From an uncultured delta proteobacterium (GTDB lineage: Bacteria > Myxococcota_A > Polyangia > Fen-1088): a stretch of 64,000 bases of DNA. Location of the stretch: positions 2,880,001 to 2,944,000 of the forward strand of contig CAVYGB010000008.1 of assembly GCA_963767925.1 (NCBI GenBank), read 5' to 3'. Position numbers and translations under genes: made by a program. The notes under the pieces were generated by a model that was not told where the DNA came from, ran no database searches, and was given only the letters and a program-made list of their open reading frames with translations. How positions within the stretch are numbered: position 1 is the stretch's first letter; the number at the start of each line of letters is the position of its first letter. Below are positions 62,508 to 64,000 of the stretch, one piece after another.

Positions 62508-64000
62508 GTGTGCGGCCTCGCTGGAATCCTGAGCCTTTCCGAGGAGCCCGTGGCTCCCGGCGAGCTCGAGTCGATGATCCGCCCGCTGCACCACCGCGGC
62601 CCCGATGATACGCAGGTGTTCAGGCAGGGCGGCGTGGGGCTGGCCCACGCCCGCCTGAGCATCATCGACATCGCCGGCGGCCGGCAGCCCGTCCACAACG
62701 AGGACGAGTCGATCTGGACCGTGTTCAACGGGGAGATCTTCAACTACCTCGAGCTCCGGCAGGAGCTTGAGGCGAAGGGCCACACCTTCTATACGCGCTC
62801 GGACACCGAGGTCATCGTGCACGCCTACGAGCAATATGGGCTCGACTTCGTGCAGCGCTTCAACGGCCAGTGGGCCATCGCCCTCTGGGACCGCAACCGC
62901 AAGCGCCTGGTCCTGGCCCGCGACCGGCTGGGGGTGCGACCCCTGTTTTACCGGCGCACGGGCGATCGCCTGCTCTTCTCCTCCGAGATCAAGGGCATCT
63001 TCGCCCTGCCGGGGGCCGAGCGGCGGATCGACCGGCGGGCGCTGGCCAGCGTGTTCCACTTCTGGTCGCCCCTCGAGCCGGCCAGCATGTTCGAGGGCGT
63101 CTCGCAGGTGCCCCCCGGACACATGCTCATCGCCGAGACCGGCGACAAGAAGGGCGACCTCCAGGTCCGCCGCTGCTGGGACTGGAGCTTCCCCTCCGAG
63201 GAGATCCCCTTCGACCGCCCGATCAAGGACTACGCCGACGAGCTGCGCAGCCTGATGATCGATGCCGTCCGCCTGCGCCTCCGCTCCGACGTGCCGGTGG
63301 GCGCCTATCTGAGCGGCGGGCTCGACTCCTCGATCATCACGACCCTCATCAAGAACTACACCGACACGCCCTTGCGCACCTTCTCGCTGGGGTTCGAGGA
63401 CGAGGAGTTCGACGAGAGCCCCTACCAGCAGGAGCTGATCCAGCACCTCGGCACCACCCACACCTCCATGACCTGCACCAAGCGGGACATCGGGGCGGCC
63501 TTTCCCCGCACCATCTGGCACACCGAGGCCTCCATCCTGCGCACGGCCCCCACCCCGCTGATGTTGCTGTCGCAGCGGGTGCACGAGGAGGGCTACAAGG
63601 TCGTCCTCACCGGCGAGGGGGCCGACGAGGTGTTCGGGGGCTACGACCTGTTCAAGGAGGCGCACATCCGGCGCTTCTGGGCGCGCCGGCCCGACTCGAA
63701 GTGGCGGGCCTCGCTGCTCTCGCGCCTGTACCCCTACCTCAAGAGCTCGCCGACCGCCTCGCCCCGCTACGCCGAGAGCTTCTTCAGCCAGGGGATGGAC
63801 CGCATCGCCGAGCCCTTCTTCGGGCACCTGCCGCGCTGGTCGACCACCAGCCGCACCTGGCGCTTCTTCAGCGGCGAGCAGCTCGCCGCCCTCGAGGGCT
63901 GGAACCCGGTCGAGCAATACCGGCAGCAGCTCCCGGCCGAGATCGGCCGCTGGCACCCCTTCAACCGCGACCAGTACAACGAGGGCCACACCCTGCTGTC
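62508..64000 (+). CDS. asnB: Asparagine synthase (glutamine-hydrolyzing), 3' end outside the window
   Basis: GTG-C-G start (N-terminal Cys nucleophile), HRGPD, RLSIID..GG.QP, FNGEIFNY, SDTEV, ARDRLG.RPL, LSGGLDSS, GEGADE.FGGY; missing from the ORF track because no stop is reached. Confidence 0.93.
   Translation, partial: MCGLAGILSLSEEPVAPGELESMIRPLHHRGPDDTQVFRQGGVGLAHARLSIIDIAGGRQPVHNEDESIWTVFNGEIFNYLELRQELEAKGHTFYTRSDTEVIVHAYEQYGLDFVQRFNGQWAIALWDRNRKRLVLARDRLGVRPLFYRRTGDRLLFSSEIKGIFALPGAERRIDRRALASVFHFWSPLEPASMFEGVSQVPPGHMLIAETGDKKGDLQVRRCWDWSFPSEEIPFDRPIKDYADELRSLMIDAVRLRLRSDVPVGAYLSGGLDSSIITTLIKNYTDTPLRTFSLGFEDEEFDESPYQQELIQHLGTTHTSMTCTKRDIGAAFPRTIWHTEASILRTAPTPLMLLSQRVHEEGYKVVLTGEGADEVFGGYDLFKEAHIRRFWARRPDSKWRASLLSRLYPYLKSSPTASPRYAESFFSQGMDRIAEPFFGHLPRWSTTSRTWRFFSGEQLAALEGWNPVEQYRQQLPAEIGRWHPFNRDQYNEGHTLL

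Overview
Very GC-rich bacterial chromosome segment. Codon style, Cys-rich lipoproteins, Hanks-type kinases and the TSP3-OmpA protein suggest Myxococcota; the taxon is an inference. Main blocks in order: (1) 3' end of a GH2 glycosidase; (2) a ~11.3 kb minus-strand iron-uptake island with Fur-like boxes (DUF4856-like lipoprotein, imelysin, HTTM/vitamin-K-carboxylase-like protein, FecA-like receptor, then a piuA/piuC/tonB/piuB-like set); (3) sulfur/cofactor housekeeping genes (FAH, metB-like, cysQ, rhodanese-moeB, erpA/iscA, nth, kamA, thiC with a clear TPP riboswitch); (4) tolQRAB-ppx, a DHH phosphoesterase, tRNA-Leu(CAA) and a cluster of small accessory genes; (5) a putative metal (Zn)-uptake operon headed by a DUF2946-like leader; (6) an energy-converting-hydrogenase-related (Ehr) complex lacking the Ni-binding cysteines, with its small subunit inverted; (7) lactate permease, OmpA, a Ser/Thr kinase with twin small membrane paralogs, argE, a NAGS-like gene, an MFS transporter and the 5' part of asnB. 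Many conserved genes (moeB, kamA, thiC, tolQ, tolR, DHH, SRPBCC, NAGS-like) carry frameshifts that most likely reflect long-read indel errors. No CRISPR array, integrase or transposase was seen. All family calls come from motif recognition by eye; no searches were run.
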